In this document: piece by piece, positions 1-9,613 of the stretch | Layout: each line of letters opens with the position of its first letter | How positions within the stretch are numbered: position 1 is the stretch's first letter | Assembly: GCA_043825735.1 (NCBI GenBank) | Contig: JBDRRP010000037.1 | Location: forward strand, 1-58,468 | From: Pseudomonadota bacterium | GTDB taxonomy: Bacteria; Desulfobacterota; Desulfobacteria; Desulfobacterales; JBDRRP01 | Length of the DNA stretch: 58,468 bases | Direction of reading: 5' to 3' | Notes under the pieces: generated by a model | The model's database searches: none | Seen by the model: only the letters and a program-made list of their open reading frames with translations | What the model was told of the DNA's origin: nothing | Position numbers and translations under genes: made by a program

Positions 1-568
1 GGGCGATGCTGAAAACGATCAGGCTTTCTCCGGTGGCGTCAAAGGCCGCATCGGCGGCTTCCGATTCCTTCTTAAGCGATTCGGATATGGCTGCCAGATT
101 CTCGTAGATGCCGCTCTTGTGCTTATCGATCTCGCTGTCGATGGCCGAAATCTTTTCGGCGTCGCCGCCGGACTTGATCAGCGCCATGATATCCTTTTCG
201 AAATGCGCGACCATCTCATCGTAATCGGCCTGGGCCTTTTTCTGCCACTCCCGCTCCTCGGGTGTGTCCACGATGGCGGCGACCGCGGCGAGCCGTTTGC
301 GGTTTTCTTCCTTCAACACCGCCCAGTCCCTCATCGTCCCGTCCATATCCCGGTTGATGATGGCATCGGCGATGACGCTGTAAGTATCGTTTCCCAGGGC
401 AGCGGCGCTCATGGCGACGATCGCATCAGCAGCCCGCGAAGCCCCTTCGTCCTGAATCCGCGTCAATTTCTTGAGCTGGAAGATGGTGCTGCCGCTGAGC
501 GCGACGATTACCAAGATGCAAATCCCAAATCCAACGGCCAGTTTGGTTCCCAATTTCATATTATTCAT
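1..568 (-). CDS. Methyl-accepting chemotaxis protein (or similar membrane sensor), N-terminal part; runs off the window edge
   Basis: Manual translation of the minus strand gives MNNMKLGTKLAVGFGICILVIVALSG (typical MCP N-terminus and TM1), a helical four-helix-bundle-type periplasmic domain and the start of TM2 (LIVFSIA). GGAG RBS upstream. Absent from the ORF track because there is no stop in the window. Confidence 0.75.
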   Translation of the reverse strand, partial: MNNMKLGTKLAVGFGICILVIVALSGSTIFQLKKLTRIQDEGASRAADAIVAMSAAALGNDTYSVIADAIINRDMDGTMRDWAVLKEENRKRLAAVAAIVDTPEEREWQKKAQADYDEMVAHFEKDIMALIKSGGDAEKISAIDSEIDKHKSGIYENLAAISESLKKESEAADAAFDATGESLIVFSIA

Positions 569-657
569 TGTTCTGTCTCCAATCCCTTTGATCCGTTGTC
601 GCTAATGCCGGTAAAAAAACCGGCCGTTATTATACCGCCACAGCCACAGGGCACTTG

Positions 658-735
658 TCAGGCGGCCTGTTTAAGCGCATGCACCTCATCGCTGCTCAGA
701 ACCCGGTCGATATCGAGCAGCATCTTGAACCCGCT
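658..735 (-). pseudogene. C-terminal remnant of a CheW-like gene
   Basis: Translates SGFKMLLDIDRVLSSDEVHALKQAA*, resembling the CheW C-terminus. An in-frame stop lies just upstream, and the remnant sits directly before the MCP. Confidence 0.55.
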
Positions 736-802
736 GATGGGCAAAAACTAAGATTGGCATTTGAATGTCGCCCTTTCCTATTAGCAGTCTGGATAGGGCC
801 AC

Positions 803-818
803 TCCAATATTCGTGCCA
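803..818 (-). promoter_or_regulatory. Possible sigma-54 (-24/-12) promoter for the cheW-remnant/MCP unit
   Basis: Minus strand TGGCACGAATATTGGA versus consensus TGGCACG-N4-TTGC; the -12 element is GG instead of GC. Confidence 0.4.
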
Positions 819-1552
819 AATTCGGTAGAAATGGTATTGACCGCAATTACAGTTATTTAGGTCTTGTTGAGACTGGTGATGGATTTTGAAACGAGTCTTG
901 AAAAGTAGACAAAAAAACAGCTACAAATGTTTAACTGACTGTAACTCCAGGAGATATGGCACTATAGACTGGGCATCTGAAAAAATGGACGCCTCCAGCG
1001 GCTGGAGTATCTCCAAGCGTGGATGGGTGCGAGAAAACTTTCATCCTGAGGCGTTGAAGATATCCGATAGATTGCTGGCCGGGCAAGCATCCTGCAAGGC
1101 GGCTTGATTTTGACCTCAGCCTCTGGCAGGCTGAGCAATGCTTGACTCATTCAACAGTTTCTTCATGATTCAGTAATATTAGAGCCAAAGGCAAACAGTC
1201 CTCAGCCCCTCAGTATAGGCATTCCCCCACGGCCTACCGGAGACATTCCGTTGGGCGTTCTTCCCTGAATATTCGAGCTTCATGATATGGTTTTCTGCTT
1301 GCACCTGTAAACTAACTTGGCGTATCCTGAAATATCGTCTCCAATTGGCCTCCGATCACCGCTGACCAGGATTTTCCAGTGTTATGAATACAATCGGAAT
1401 CATAGGAATAGGCGGTCCTCAAGGATGATGAAAGTATGGTTGGGAGAAAATGTAATTTAGAATCAAAAGTTCAGCGTTCATCCCTGAAATCAGTAGATCT
1501 AAAAGATTTAAGTATCGATAGATTATAATGCTATTCTGAAGGAGAGATTGGC

Positions 1553-2221
1553 ATGAAAAACGATCACAAAAAAAACCTTTTAGACGCGATAATCGATATA
1601 AATAGAGACGCTGCCATGAGATCAATAGAAAGCGCTTTGAGTGAAGGGCTGTCACCGGAAACGATCGTTTTTAATATACTAATTCCGGCAATGGAGGATT
1701 TGGCTGAAATTGTTCGTGTTGGACCGGATGCAACCTTGGCTCAACTATATTTAGCATCCCAAATCTCCTCCGAAATTTCAGATCAATTGATTCCAAAGTT
1801 CGAACTCAAGACTGAAATCAAAGGAAAGATTGTAATCGGCACTGCTTATGAAGATTTTCATGGATTGGGGAAAAAAATTGTAATCGGTTGTATAAAATCA
1901 CAAAGGCTGGAAGTTATCGATCTTGGCCTGAGTGTATCTGCCGAAAGATTTGTCGAGACTGCCGTAGAAAATGAGGCTGATGTGATTGCGGTCTCATCAA
2001 TGATGCTTCACACTGCTCGAGGACCTAACGGCCCAATTAAAGTTAGAAACCTTATCGACAAAGAAAACTTGAAAAACCGTGTTCGTCTTATTGTAGGGGG
2101 TGCGCCCTATCGCTTTCACACGGATCTCTTCAAGGAGGTAGGAGCTGATGCTTGGTCTGATAACGGCATTAGCGCAGTTAAAGTAATTATCGATTTGATT
2201 AAGGAGGTTCGTCCATCATGA
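1553..2221 (+). CDS. Corrinoid (cobalamin)-binding protein, MtaC/MttC-like (cap plus B12-binding domain)
   Basis: DxHxxG motif (EDFHGLG), then VSSMM and IVGGAP; N-terminal helical cap; GGAG RBS. Confidence 0.9.
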   Translation: MKNDHKKNLLDAIIDINRDAAMRSIESALSEGLSPETIVFNILIPAMEDLAEIVRVGPDATLAQLYLASQISSEISDQLIPKFELKTEIKGKIVIGTAYEDFHGLGKKIVIGCIKSQRLEVIDLGLSVSAERFVETAVENEADVIAVSSMMLHTARGPNGPIKVRNLIDKENLKNRVRLIVGGAPYRFHTDLFKEVGADAWSDNGISAVKVIIDLIKEVRPS

Positions 2222-3246
2222 ACGCCATTGAACGCATTACCAACGTTATGATGGGCGAGATCCCCGATCGTGTTCCTATCATGGGCAACCTTCTTGAACA
2301 AGGCGCAAAGGAACTTGGCCTTTCAATACAAGACTATTATTCGAATGGCGAATACGTTGCAGAGGGCCAGTTACGGTTAAGAGATAAGTATGGTTACGAT
2401 AATCTTTCCGGTTTTTTTTATGCGGGACTGGAAGCAGAAATGTTAGGATGCCGTCGAATTATATTTTCAGAAATAGGGCCGCCCAACGTGGGCCATTTAA
2501 TTATTAGGAATTTCAATGATATTGAAAAACTCGAAATACCAGAAAACATATCTCAATTACCAGCTTTTGAAGAACTTGCCAAATGCATAAAACTTTTAAA
2601 GCATGAAGCCGCTGGAAAATATCCGGTCGGAAGTGCCGTTATAAGCTCGTTTTCCCTTCCCGCAATCCTTATGGGAATTGACAAATGGATGGATATGCTA
2701 ATCAACGGCCCAGAAAGCCTTCGCCATGAGCTCTTAATAAAGTGTTCTAATTTTTGTATCAGATTAATGAATGCGTTAAAGGAGACTGGCGTCGACGGTG
2801 TCTCGTATTCAAACCCGGTGGGTTCAGCAGATTTTTTTAGTGTGGAACAATTCAAGAAGCTCGCCTTGGAATGGATCGTAAGAGATATGAAAGCGGTTGG
2901 GCCGGAGGGGATCACCTATTTCAATGGTGGGGGCAGAATTAACCCGATGATAGATACAATTATCGAACATACGCAAATTACAACATATTATATTAATCCT
3001 TTAGATGATACTTCAGAAGCAAAAAGAATAATTGGAAATCGTGGTGTCAGCAGTGGCGTTATCAACGATATCAGACTTATGGACTGGAATAAGAAAGAAA
3101 TTTATTCAGAAGTGAAATCCATAATGAACGCAGGAGCAAAAGGCGGTCGTTTCATTTTTGGAACACTTGTCATGCCTTATTTATTACCTGAAGAAAACAT
3201 TCACCACCTTTTCAATGCAGCTATAGAATATGGGAATTATTCATGA
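2218..3246 (+). CDS. Uroporphyrinogen decarboxylase/MtaA-superfamily protein
   Basis: 342 aa with PDRVP N-terminal motif and KGGRFIFGT C-terminal motif; ATGA overlap with the corrinoid gene. Confidence 0.85.
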   Translation: MNAIERITNVMMGEIPDRVPIMGNLLEQGAKELGLSIQDYYSNGEYVAEGQLRLRDKYGYDNLSGFFYAGLEAEMLGCRRIIFSEIGPPNVGHLIIRNFNDIEKLEIPENISQLPAFEELAKCIKLLKHEAAGKYPVGSAVISSFSLPAILMGIDKWMDMLINGPESLRHELLIKCSNFCIRLMNALKETGVDGVSYSNPVGSADFFSVEQFKKLALEWIVRDMKAVGPEGITYFNGGGRINPMIDTIIEHTQITTYYINPLDDTSEAKRIIGNRGVSSGVINDIRLMDWNKKEIYSEVKSIMNAGAKGGRFIFGTLVMPYLLPEENIHHLFNAAIEYGNYS

Positions 3247-3842
3247 TCGGTGCTAAATCAAAAGAATGGCCCGAGATAGTATCATGCGGGATATTAAAAA
3301 GGGAGATCCGCTATCTTGCCTATAAGAATGAATGGCCTGTTAAATTGAGGTTCCTCGACTCGTCTTTACATATAGATCTTGAGAAGTTATCAAAATCCTT
3401 AAAAAGGATCTTGTCGAAAAACATCAACCGTGAAAAAATAGTCGTTTACGGTTCATGCCACCCGCAAATGGATGATATCCTCAGCAGTGTCAACGCAGTC
3501 AGAACGCCTTGTCAAAACTGCGTTGAACTACTTCTTGGGAAAAGGGAGTTTACGGAAAAACTGTCAAAAGGGGCATTTTTCCTTTTCGAAGATTGGGCCA
3601 GGCGGTGGGAGGAAATCAGCTATGGTTACTTTAAGAACTGGGACATAATGCGAGAGATATTTCAAGGTGCACATAATTATATTTTGTGCATTGAAACACC
3701 CTGCTCTACCGATTTTAAAAGCTATGCAAAGGAGATAAGTTATAAGATTGGATTGCCGGTTGTATGGGGACGATATGATTTGAACCGTTTAGAACGGGCA
3801 TTGAAGCAAAGTGTTCTTAGCTCTATTGGGAGGATTATCTAA
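3243..3842 (+). CDS. DUF1638-like protein
   Basis: Motifs IVSCGILKREI, LDSSLH, VYGSCHP, CQNCVELLLG; ATGA overlap; this family typically neighbours corrinoid methyltransferase genes. Confidence 0.75.
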   Translation: MIGAKSKEWPEIVSCGILKREIRYLAYKNEWPVKLRFLDSSLHIDLEKLSKSLKRILSKNINREKIVVYGSCHPQMDDILSSVNAVRTPCQNCVELLLGKREFTEKLSKGAFFLFEDWARRWEEISYGYFKNWDIMREIFQGAHNYILCIETPCSTDFKSYAKEISYKIGLPVVWGRYDLNRLERALKQSVLSSIGRII

Positions 3843-5947
3843 TGACAGCGGAGAATGCTGGCCTTAGAAATACAATTAAGGATTTGGAAGAACGCCCTAG
3901 AGCTTCCAATCGAGAAAAAGCAAACCTTCAAATGGCAATTAACCTCATTCACCAAGTTTCCAATGCAACTGGTGTTATAGATGTCGTAGATCATATTCTT
4001 AGGGTATTGGTAAGCGCAATTGGAGGCACCAATATTTCGATATATTATGAAGCAGATGGTCGATGGCGCTATGTCGACATTTTGGGAGATAAATTATGGT
4101 TTGATAGAATCGATGATGATTTGGTAAAGAAATGCATTGAAGAAAAGTCATTTCAAAAAGAACGAGAGGCGGAAGATTCAACCATAACGATTCCAGGATT
4201 TCCTAAAACTTACGAAACATGGGTATATCCCCTTCAGGTACACAACTATTTGTTTGGTGCTATGCGTTTACAGGGTATGGCCATTGAACACGCTCATTAT
4301 AGAGATAATATTGATCCGTTCATTCAATATTCAGCATTGGTTTTATATCATGAAATATCGAACCTCAGGAGTTTACAATCGGCATATCAAAAAGTTCGTG
4401 AAGCAAAAGAAGCACTTCAAGCCTCGGAAGAGAAATTTTCAAAGGCGTTTAACAATGCTCCGATAATTATGACAATAAGTTCAGTTGAAGATGGGAGCTA
4501 CATTGATGTTAATGATGCTTTTGTGCAGCAAACCGGATATACACGAGAGGTGGCTTTAGGTTCGACTTCAGTAAAGATAGGCTATATTTCAAAATCAAAT
4601 CGAGAAAGAATGTTGGATCAACTAAAATCCAATGGAAGAATTCACAATCTTCAACTTGAGCTCAATAAAGCAGATGGGAACAAATTGGTCTGCCTCTATT
4701 CAGGAGAACTTGTCGAGATTGAAGGAGCAGAGAGGTTACTATCCATTGCGGTTAACATCACCGAACAACGAAAATATGAAATGCGGCTGCAAAATACTCA
4801 AAGAATGGAATCCATAGGAAACCTTGCCGGTGGGATAGCCCATGATTTCAATAATATTCTATTTCCAATTATCGGCATGTCCGAGCTGCTTGTAGAAGAC
4901 CTGCCATCTGGCAGTGTAGAGCGAGAAAATGCAGAAGTAATATTCAGAGCAGGCAAAAGGGGTAGTGACCTTGTTAAACAGATATTGGCTTTCAGCCGCC
5001 AATCCGAACAAAAAAAAATGCCGATTCGTGTCCAGCATATACTCAAAGAGGTGATGAAGCTGAGTCGTTCAGCTATTCCTATGAACATCAACATTACACA
5101 GGATATCCAAAGCGATTGCCCAATGGTGGAGGCAGATCCCACCCAGGTTCATCAGATCGCCATGAATCTAATCACGAACGCCTACCATGCAGTTGAGCCG
5201 AAGAGTGGGGAAATCGCTGTTCGGCTCAGGCAAGTTGAGATAGGATCTTACGAACCCGACGTCGAGAAACTTCTGCCGGGGAGGTATGCGCTGCTGTCTG
5301 TCTCCGACACCGGGGTCGGGATAGATCCTGCCATTATGGAAAAAATTTTCGAACCCTATTTTACGACTAAGGAAAAAGACAAGGGAACCGGCCTCGGTTT
5401 GGCCGTCGTCTACGGGATCGTAAAAGACCATCACGGCGATATCAGGATATATAGCGAATTGGAAAAAGGAACGACTTTCAACGTATACCTTCCCATAATG
5501 GCACAAGCTGAAAATGCGGTATCGATTGAGGGTAAAGAAAAATCTCCGACAGGACATGAACGCATACTGTTGGTTGACGATGAAGAGGCCATTGCAAAGC
5601 TGGAAAGGCAAATGCTTGAACGACTTGGCTACAAGGTGACCATGCGCGTAAACAGTCTGGAGGCTTTGGAAACGTTCAAAACCAAACCCGACTTGTTCGA
5701 CTTGGTCATTTCAGACATGACCATGCCGAACATGACCGGAGACCGATTGGCGCGTGAAATGATAACAATCCGGCCTGAAATACCCATCATCATTTGCACA
5801 GGGTTCAGCGAAAGACTTGATCCGGTGAAGGCTGCGAGCATCGGAGTCAGGGGCTTTCTAATGAAACCGATCGTTAAAGCGGAAATGGCCAAAACGATCA
5901 GGAAAGTGCTTGATGAAGCCGAAGTCAGAACCCTCAAGAAATTCTGA
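3842..5947 (+). CDS. Cytoplasmic hybrid sensor histidine kinase (coiled coil, GAF-like, PAS, HisKA, HATPase, receiver)
   Basis: H-box AHDFNN, N-box, DTGVG, GTGLGL, receiver LVDDE/SDMTMP; no TM segment; TAATG overlap with DUF1638. Confidence 0.92.
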   Translation: MTAENAGLRNTIKDLEERPRASNREKANLQMAINLIHQVSNATGVIDVVDHILRVLVSAIGGTNISIYYEADGRWRYVDILGDKLWFDRIDDDLVKKCIEEKSFQKEREAEDSTITIPGFPKTYETWVYPLQVHNYLFGAMRLQGMAIEHAHYRDNIDPFIQYSALVLYHEISNLRSLQSAYQKVREAKEALQASEEKFSKAFNNAPIIMTISSVEDGSYIDVNDAFVQQTGYTREVALGSTSVKIGYISKSNRERMLDQLKSNGRIHNLQLELNKADGNKLVCLYSGELVEIEGAERLLSIAVNITEQRKYEMRLQNTQRMESIGNLAGGIAHDFNNILFPIIGMSELLVEDLPSGSVERENAEVIFRAGKRGSDLVKQILAFSRQSEQKKMPIRVQHILKEVMKLSRSAIPMNINITQDIQSDCPMVEADPTQVHQIAMNLITNAYHAVEPKSGEIAVRLRQVEIGSYEPDVEKLLPGRYALLSVSDTGVGIDPAIMEKIFEPYFTTKEKDKGTGLGLAVVYGIVKDHHGDIRIYSELEKGTTFNVYLPIMAQAENAVSIEGKEKSPTGHERILLVDDEEAIAKLERQMLERLGYKVTMRVNSLEALETFKTKPDLFDLVISDMTMPNMTGDRLAREMITIRPEIPIIICTGFSERLDPVKAASIGVRGFLMKPIVKAEMAKTIRKVLDEAEVRTLKKF

Positions 5948-6063
5948 CGTTGAGCGTTTAAGGAAATGGTTTTTTAGTGAAAAGGAGCTACATGCAATAA
6001 TGCATGGTTCCAGGGCCGTACTCGGACAAAACGGTTTTACGGAATCGGCTCGCGCTATTTTCG

Positions 6064-6192
6064 ACCACAGGGTATTGGAAAAGGATTGAATCCTATATCA
6101 GTGAACGTTCTGAGCCAGAGTTCGGCCATAGCATTTGCCTGGAATGTGCGAAAAAATGTTACCCCGATATAAGTATTTACTATGAGAATTGA
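6064..6192 (+). pseudogene. Detached remnant of the Cys/His-rich C-terminal module common on deltaproteobacterial signalling proteins
   Basis: GYWKRIESYISERSEPEFGHSICLECAKKCYPD matches the GYW..IE.YI...S...FSHGICP.C..KLYP pattern; the first CxxC half is missing. Confidence 0.6.
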
Positions 6193-6363
6193 ACTCAACA
6201 ATAATTATCAGAAAGCGAGGTTTTTGCGACAGAATTTGTTACAGATACTAGAAATATTGCCGAAAATGAAACTGGCAGTGGATAATTTCTGTCTATGCAA
6301 GTTTACACAACTTCGACAGTTTCTTCTTAACTTCATAAACAGAGAATATTTAATCTGCAGGAC

Positions 6364-9201
6364 ATGGTAAGTGTAATAATGAAAAAGAAAAATATAGGGA
6401 TCCAAAATTTTCTGACCAAAAGTATGGTGATCATTGCCTCTGTAATGTTTAGCCTATTACTTTTAGTCTGGGTTGTGAATGAATATTATGCTTTCTCTTC
6501 TGCAACTAAATCATTGAAAGAGGAGTATGAGTATGCACAAAAGACAATGCTTAAACAAGAGGTCAACAATGTAGTCAACTATATTGATTACATGAAAGAT
6601 CAAACCGAAAGAAGGCTGAAATCTGAATTGAAGAATCGTGTTAACGAAGCCCTCGACATTGCGAGGAACATATATCAGGAGAACATTGATTCAAAACCCC
6701 TATCTGAGATCGAAAAAATGGTCAAAGACGCCCTAAGACCTATACGGTTTCTTGAAGGCAGGGGATATTATTTTGCATTTTCAGTGGACGGAATTGAAAC
6801 GCTTTTTGCCGATAGGCCTGAAATGGAAGGGAAGAATATGCTTCCGGTCCAAGGGGCTAAAGGAGAATTTGTCGTTAAGGACATGATCGACCTCGTTAAG
6901 AAACAAGGCGAAGGATTCTACCAATACACTTGGACAAAGCCATCCCAGAAGGAGATAGGTTTTTTAAAAATTGCGTATGTGAAATATTTCAAACCGTTCG
7001 ATTGGGTTTTTGGAACAGGTGAATATCTCGATGATTTTACCAATCAAATCCAAAACATTGTTTTGGAAAGGATCGTAAACCTTAGATTTAGCGAAGGAGG
7101 TTACTTTTTTGGCAGCACAGAAGGTGGATATCCATTATTCACGAATGGGGAAATAACTAAAGATACCGATCCCATTTGGGAAATGACCGACCCCAATGGC
7201 GTAAAAATCATCCAAGAACAACAAAACGCCTCGAAGCAACCTGATGGAGGCTTTGTTCGATATTCCTGGCCGAAGATGGGATCTCCAACTCCCGTGCCCA
7301 AGATTTCATTCGTACGTGAAATACCGGAATGGGGCTGGACAATCGGGGCTGGTGTATCTCTCGATACCGTTGAAAAATTAATTCCAGAATCCAGAGACAC
7401 ATTGAAAAAAGAATTAATCAAGAAAAGCATAACCAGCATTTGTGTGCTCATCGGTTTTATTGTTTTAATATGGTTTTGGGCTAAACGCGTGGCGAACAAA
7501 ACCCATGAAACCATCGAAACATTTGAAAAGTCATTTAGGGAAGCGACTACGGCTTTTGTTGCCATACCGACTGATGATATGCAGTTTTCAGAATTGTCCC
7601 GCATTGCCGAATCAGCGAACAAAATGATCGAAGTGCTTAAAAAGACAGAGAAATCGATGCAGGAGAGCGAGGCACTGCTCCGGGGATTATTCGACAACAT
7701 GGGCGCCGGGGTTGCGATTTATGAAACCCCCGATGAAGGGCAACGTTTCGTTTTCAGGGAGTTGAACCGGCATGGCCTCGCATCCGGACAGCTAAAAAAG
7801 GAGGATGTCATCGGCCTCGAGGTCAGGGATGTATTCCCCGGGGTCGTGGCGCTAGGCTTGTTCGAGGTCTTTCAAAACGTCTGGAAAACAGGCCTGGCCC
7901 AGCGGCACCCCAGCCGGATTTACCAAGATGGCAGAATTACGCTGTGGGTGGAAAATTACGTTTTCAAACTGCCTTCAGGCCAGTTGGTGGCCATCTACGA
8001 GGACACAACGGCCAAACGGCAGGCCGAGGTTGCCAGGGATGCGATGGAAAAGCAATTGCTGCAGGCCCAGAAGATGGAGTCCGTGGGACGGCTGGCCGGC
8101 GGCGTGGCCCACGATTTCAACAACATGCTCAGCGTGATCCTCGGGTACACCGAGATGGCTCTGGAGCAGTCGGGCCCGGATCACCAACTGCATTCGGCCC
8201 TGCAGGAGATCAAGAATGCGGCCCAGCGCTCTGCCGACGTCACCCGTCAGTTGCTGGCCTTTGCCCGTAAGCAAACCATATCGCCCAAGCTGATCGACCT
8301 GAACAAGACGGTTAAAAGCATGCTCAAGATGCTACAGCGCCTCATCGGTGAGAACATCGCTCTGGTCTGGCTGCCGGCAAGCGACCTATGGCCGGTGCAC
8401 ATGGACCCGTCCCAGATCGATCAGATCCTCGCTAATCTTTGCGTCAACGCCCGGGACGCCATCGCCGGTACGGGCAAAATCACCCTTGAAACCGGCAAGG
8501 TGAGCTTTGATGCCGCGTACTGCGTGGATCACCCGGGTTTTGTCCCCGGTGATTTCGTCCTGCTGACGGCCAGCGACGACGGCTGCGGCATGGACAAACA
8601 GATCATGGCCAACCTGTTCGAGCCGTTTTTCACCACCAAGGACGTGGACAAGGGCACCGGTCTGGGCCTGGCTACGGTATACGGCATCGTCAAGCAGAAC
8701 AACGGCTTTGTAAACGTGTACAGCGAGCCGGGCAAGGGCACCACGTTCAAGATCTACCTGCCGCGCTATCAACCAACCGGGGACGAGGTCCAGGAAACAG
8801 CCCCGTTGGCGCCCGATGTCCGGGGCAGCGAAACCATCCTGCTCGTGGAGGACGAATCGGCGATCCTGAAAATGACAACCATGATGCTTCAACGCCTGGG
8901 TTATACCGTTTTGGCCGCGGCCACGCCCGGACAGGCCTCCGACCTTGCCCGGAAGCATTCAGGCCAGATCCATCTGCTTATGACCGACGTGGTGATGCCC
9001 GAAATGAACGGCCTCGATCTGGCCAGGCGCCTGCAATCGGTTTATCCCGACCTCAAGTGCCTGTTTATGTCCGGTTACACGGCCAATGTTATCGCTCACC
9101 ATGGAATATTGGATGAGGGCGTGCATTATATCCAAAAGCCTTTTTCAAAGAAGGATCTGTCCGTCAAGGTGCAAGAATCGCTGGGTAAGGATAGATCCTA
9201 A
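6364..9201 (+). CDS. Membrane hybrid histidine kinase with tandem periplasmic Cache domains, PAS, HisKA/HATPase and receiver
   Basis: Two TM segments flank two Cache-type repeats (GYYFAF..YTWTKP..WVFGTG; GYFFG..YSWPK..WTIGAG); AHDFNN; receiver TDVVMP. Start may be ATG 6379. Confidence 0.93.
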   Translation: MVSVIMKKKNIGIQNFLTKSMVIIASVMFSLLLLVWVVNEYYAFSSATKSLKEEYEYAQKTMLKQEVNNVVNYIDYMKDQTERRLKSELKNRVNEALDIARNIYQENIDSKPLSEIEKMVKDALRPIRFLEGRGYYFAFSVDGIETLFADRPEMEGKNMLPVQGAKGEFVVKDMIDLVKKQGEGFYQYTWTKPSQKEIGFLKIAYVKYFKPFDWVFGTGEYLDDFTNQIQNIVLERIVNLRFSEGGYFFGSTEGGYPLFTNGEITKDTDPIWEMTDPNGVKIIQEQQNASKQPDGGFVRYSWPKMGSPTPVPKISFVREIPEWGWTIGAGVSLDTVEKLIPESRDTLKKELIKKSITSICVLIGFIVLIWFWAKRVANKTHETIETFEKSFREATTAFVAIPTDDMQFSELSRIAESANKMIEVLKKTEKSMQESEALLRGLFDNMGAGVAIYETPDEGQRFVFRELNRHGLASGQLKKEDVIGLEVRDVFPGVVALGLFEVFQNVWKTGLAQRHPSRIYQDGRITLWVENYVFKLPSGQLVAIYEDTTAKRQAEVARDAMEKQLLQAQKMESVGRLAGGVAHDFNNMLSVILGYTEMALEQSGPDHQLHSALQEIKNAAQRSADVTRQLLAFARKQTISPKLIDLNKTVKSMLKMLQRLIGENIALVWLPASDLWPVHMDPSQIDQILANLCVNARDAIAGTGKITLETGKVSFDAAYCVDHPGFVPGDFVLLTASDDGCGMDKQIMANLFEPFFTTKDVDKGTGLGLATVYGIVKQNNGFVNVYSEPGKGTTFKIYLPRYQPTGDEVQETAPLAPDVRGSETILLVEDESAILKMTTMMLQRLGYTVLAAATPGQASDLARKHSGQIHLLMTDVVMPEMNGLDLARRLQSVYPDLKCLFMSGYTANVIAHHGILDEGVHYIQKPFSKKDLSVKVQESLGKDRS

Positions 9202-9466
9202 AGTTGCGCTTAATTATCCTATACGCGATTTCCGCTGGCCCCTGGAAAATCAACAATACCGATCCAATCCATGACGGTTCAATACAGTCCTTTTTGAAAA
9301 GCATTCCTCGGAAATGATTCGTACAGGTCTGGCTTAACAGATAGCAGACAACGCCTATCTATCCGCATGCTGATCAATCGCATAAAGGGCACGCCCTATC
9401 GTATATATTCCTCAATAATAGACCCCCCCCTATAGCCCGAAATCGATTGCCTCTTGGAGCCAATTT

Positions 9467-9497
9467 AAAACCCGGTTTTACTACAAAACCGGGTTTT
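9467..9497. repeat. Perfect 13-bp inverted repeat (hairpin/REP-like; possible terminator)
   Basis: AAAACCCGGTTTT-actac-AAAACCGGGTTTT. Confidence 0.7.
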
Positions 9498-9613
9498 TCA
9501 TTACCATTCTTGACAGAACATGCGAATCCCTGGATATTGATGCTGCTCACTGGAGCGCCATCATCTTGTGACGCGGCAGGGACTTACACACATTCGAAAT
9601 GTGGAATAACAGC

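Noticed and set aside
119..751. 210-aa plus-strand ORF
   Set aside because: Antisense shadow of the minus-strand MCP and cheW remnant; no recognisable motifs.
886..1150. Short ORFs, possibly a transposase tail at the island edge
   Set aside because: No recognisable motif or terminal repeat; cannot be supported without a search.
1150..1552. Cobalamin or c-di-GMP riboswitch upstream of the corrinoid operon
   Set aside because: No B12-box or GEMM consensus could be found by eye; an Infernal scan would be needed.
2218..3246. Annotation as hemE or mtaA
   Set aside because: Lacks the HemE RQAGR motif and the MtaA HxC/C zinc ligands; only the superfamily is supported.
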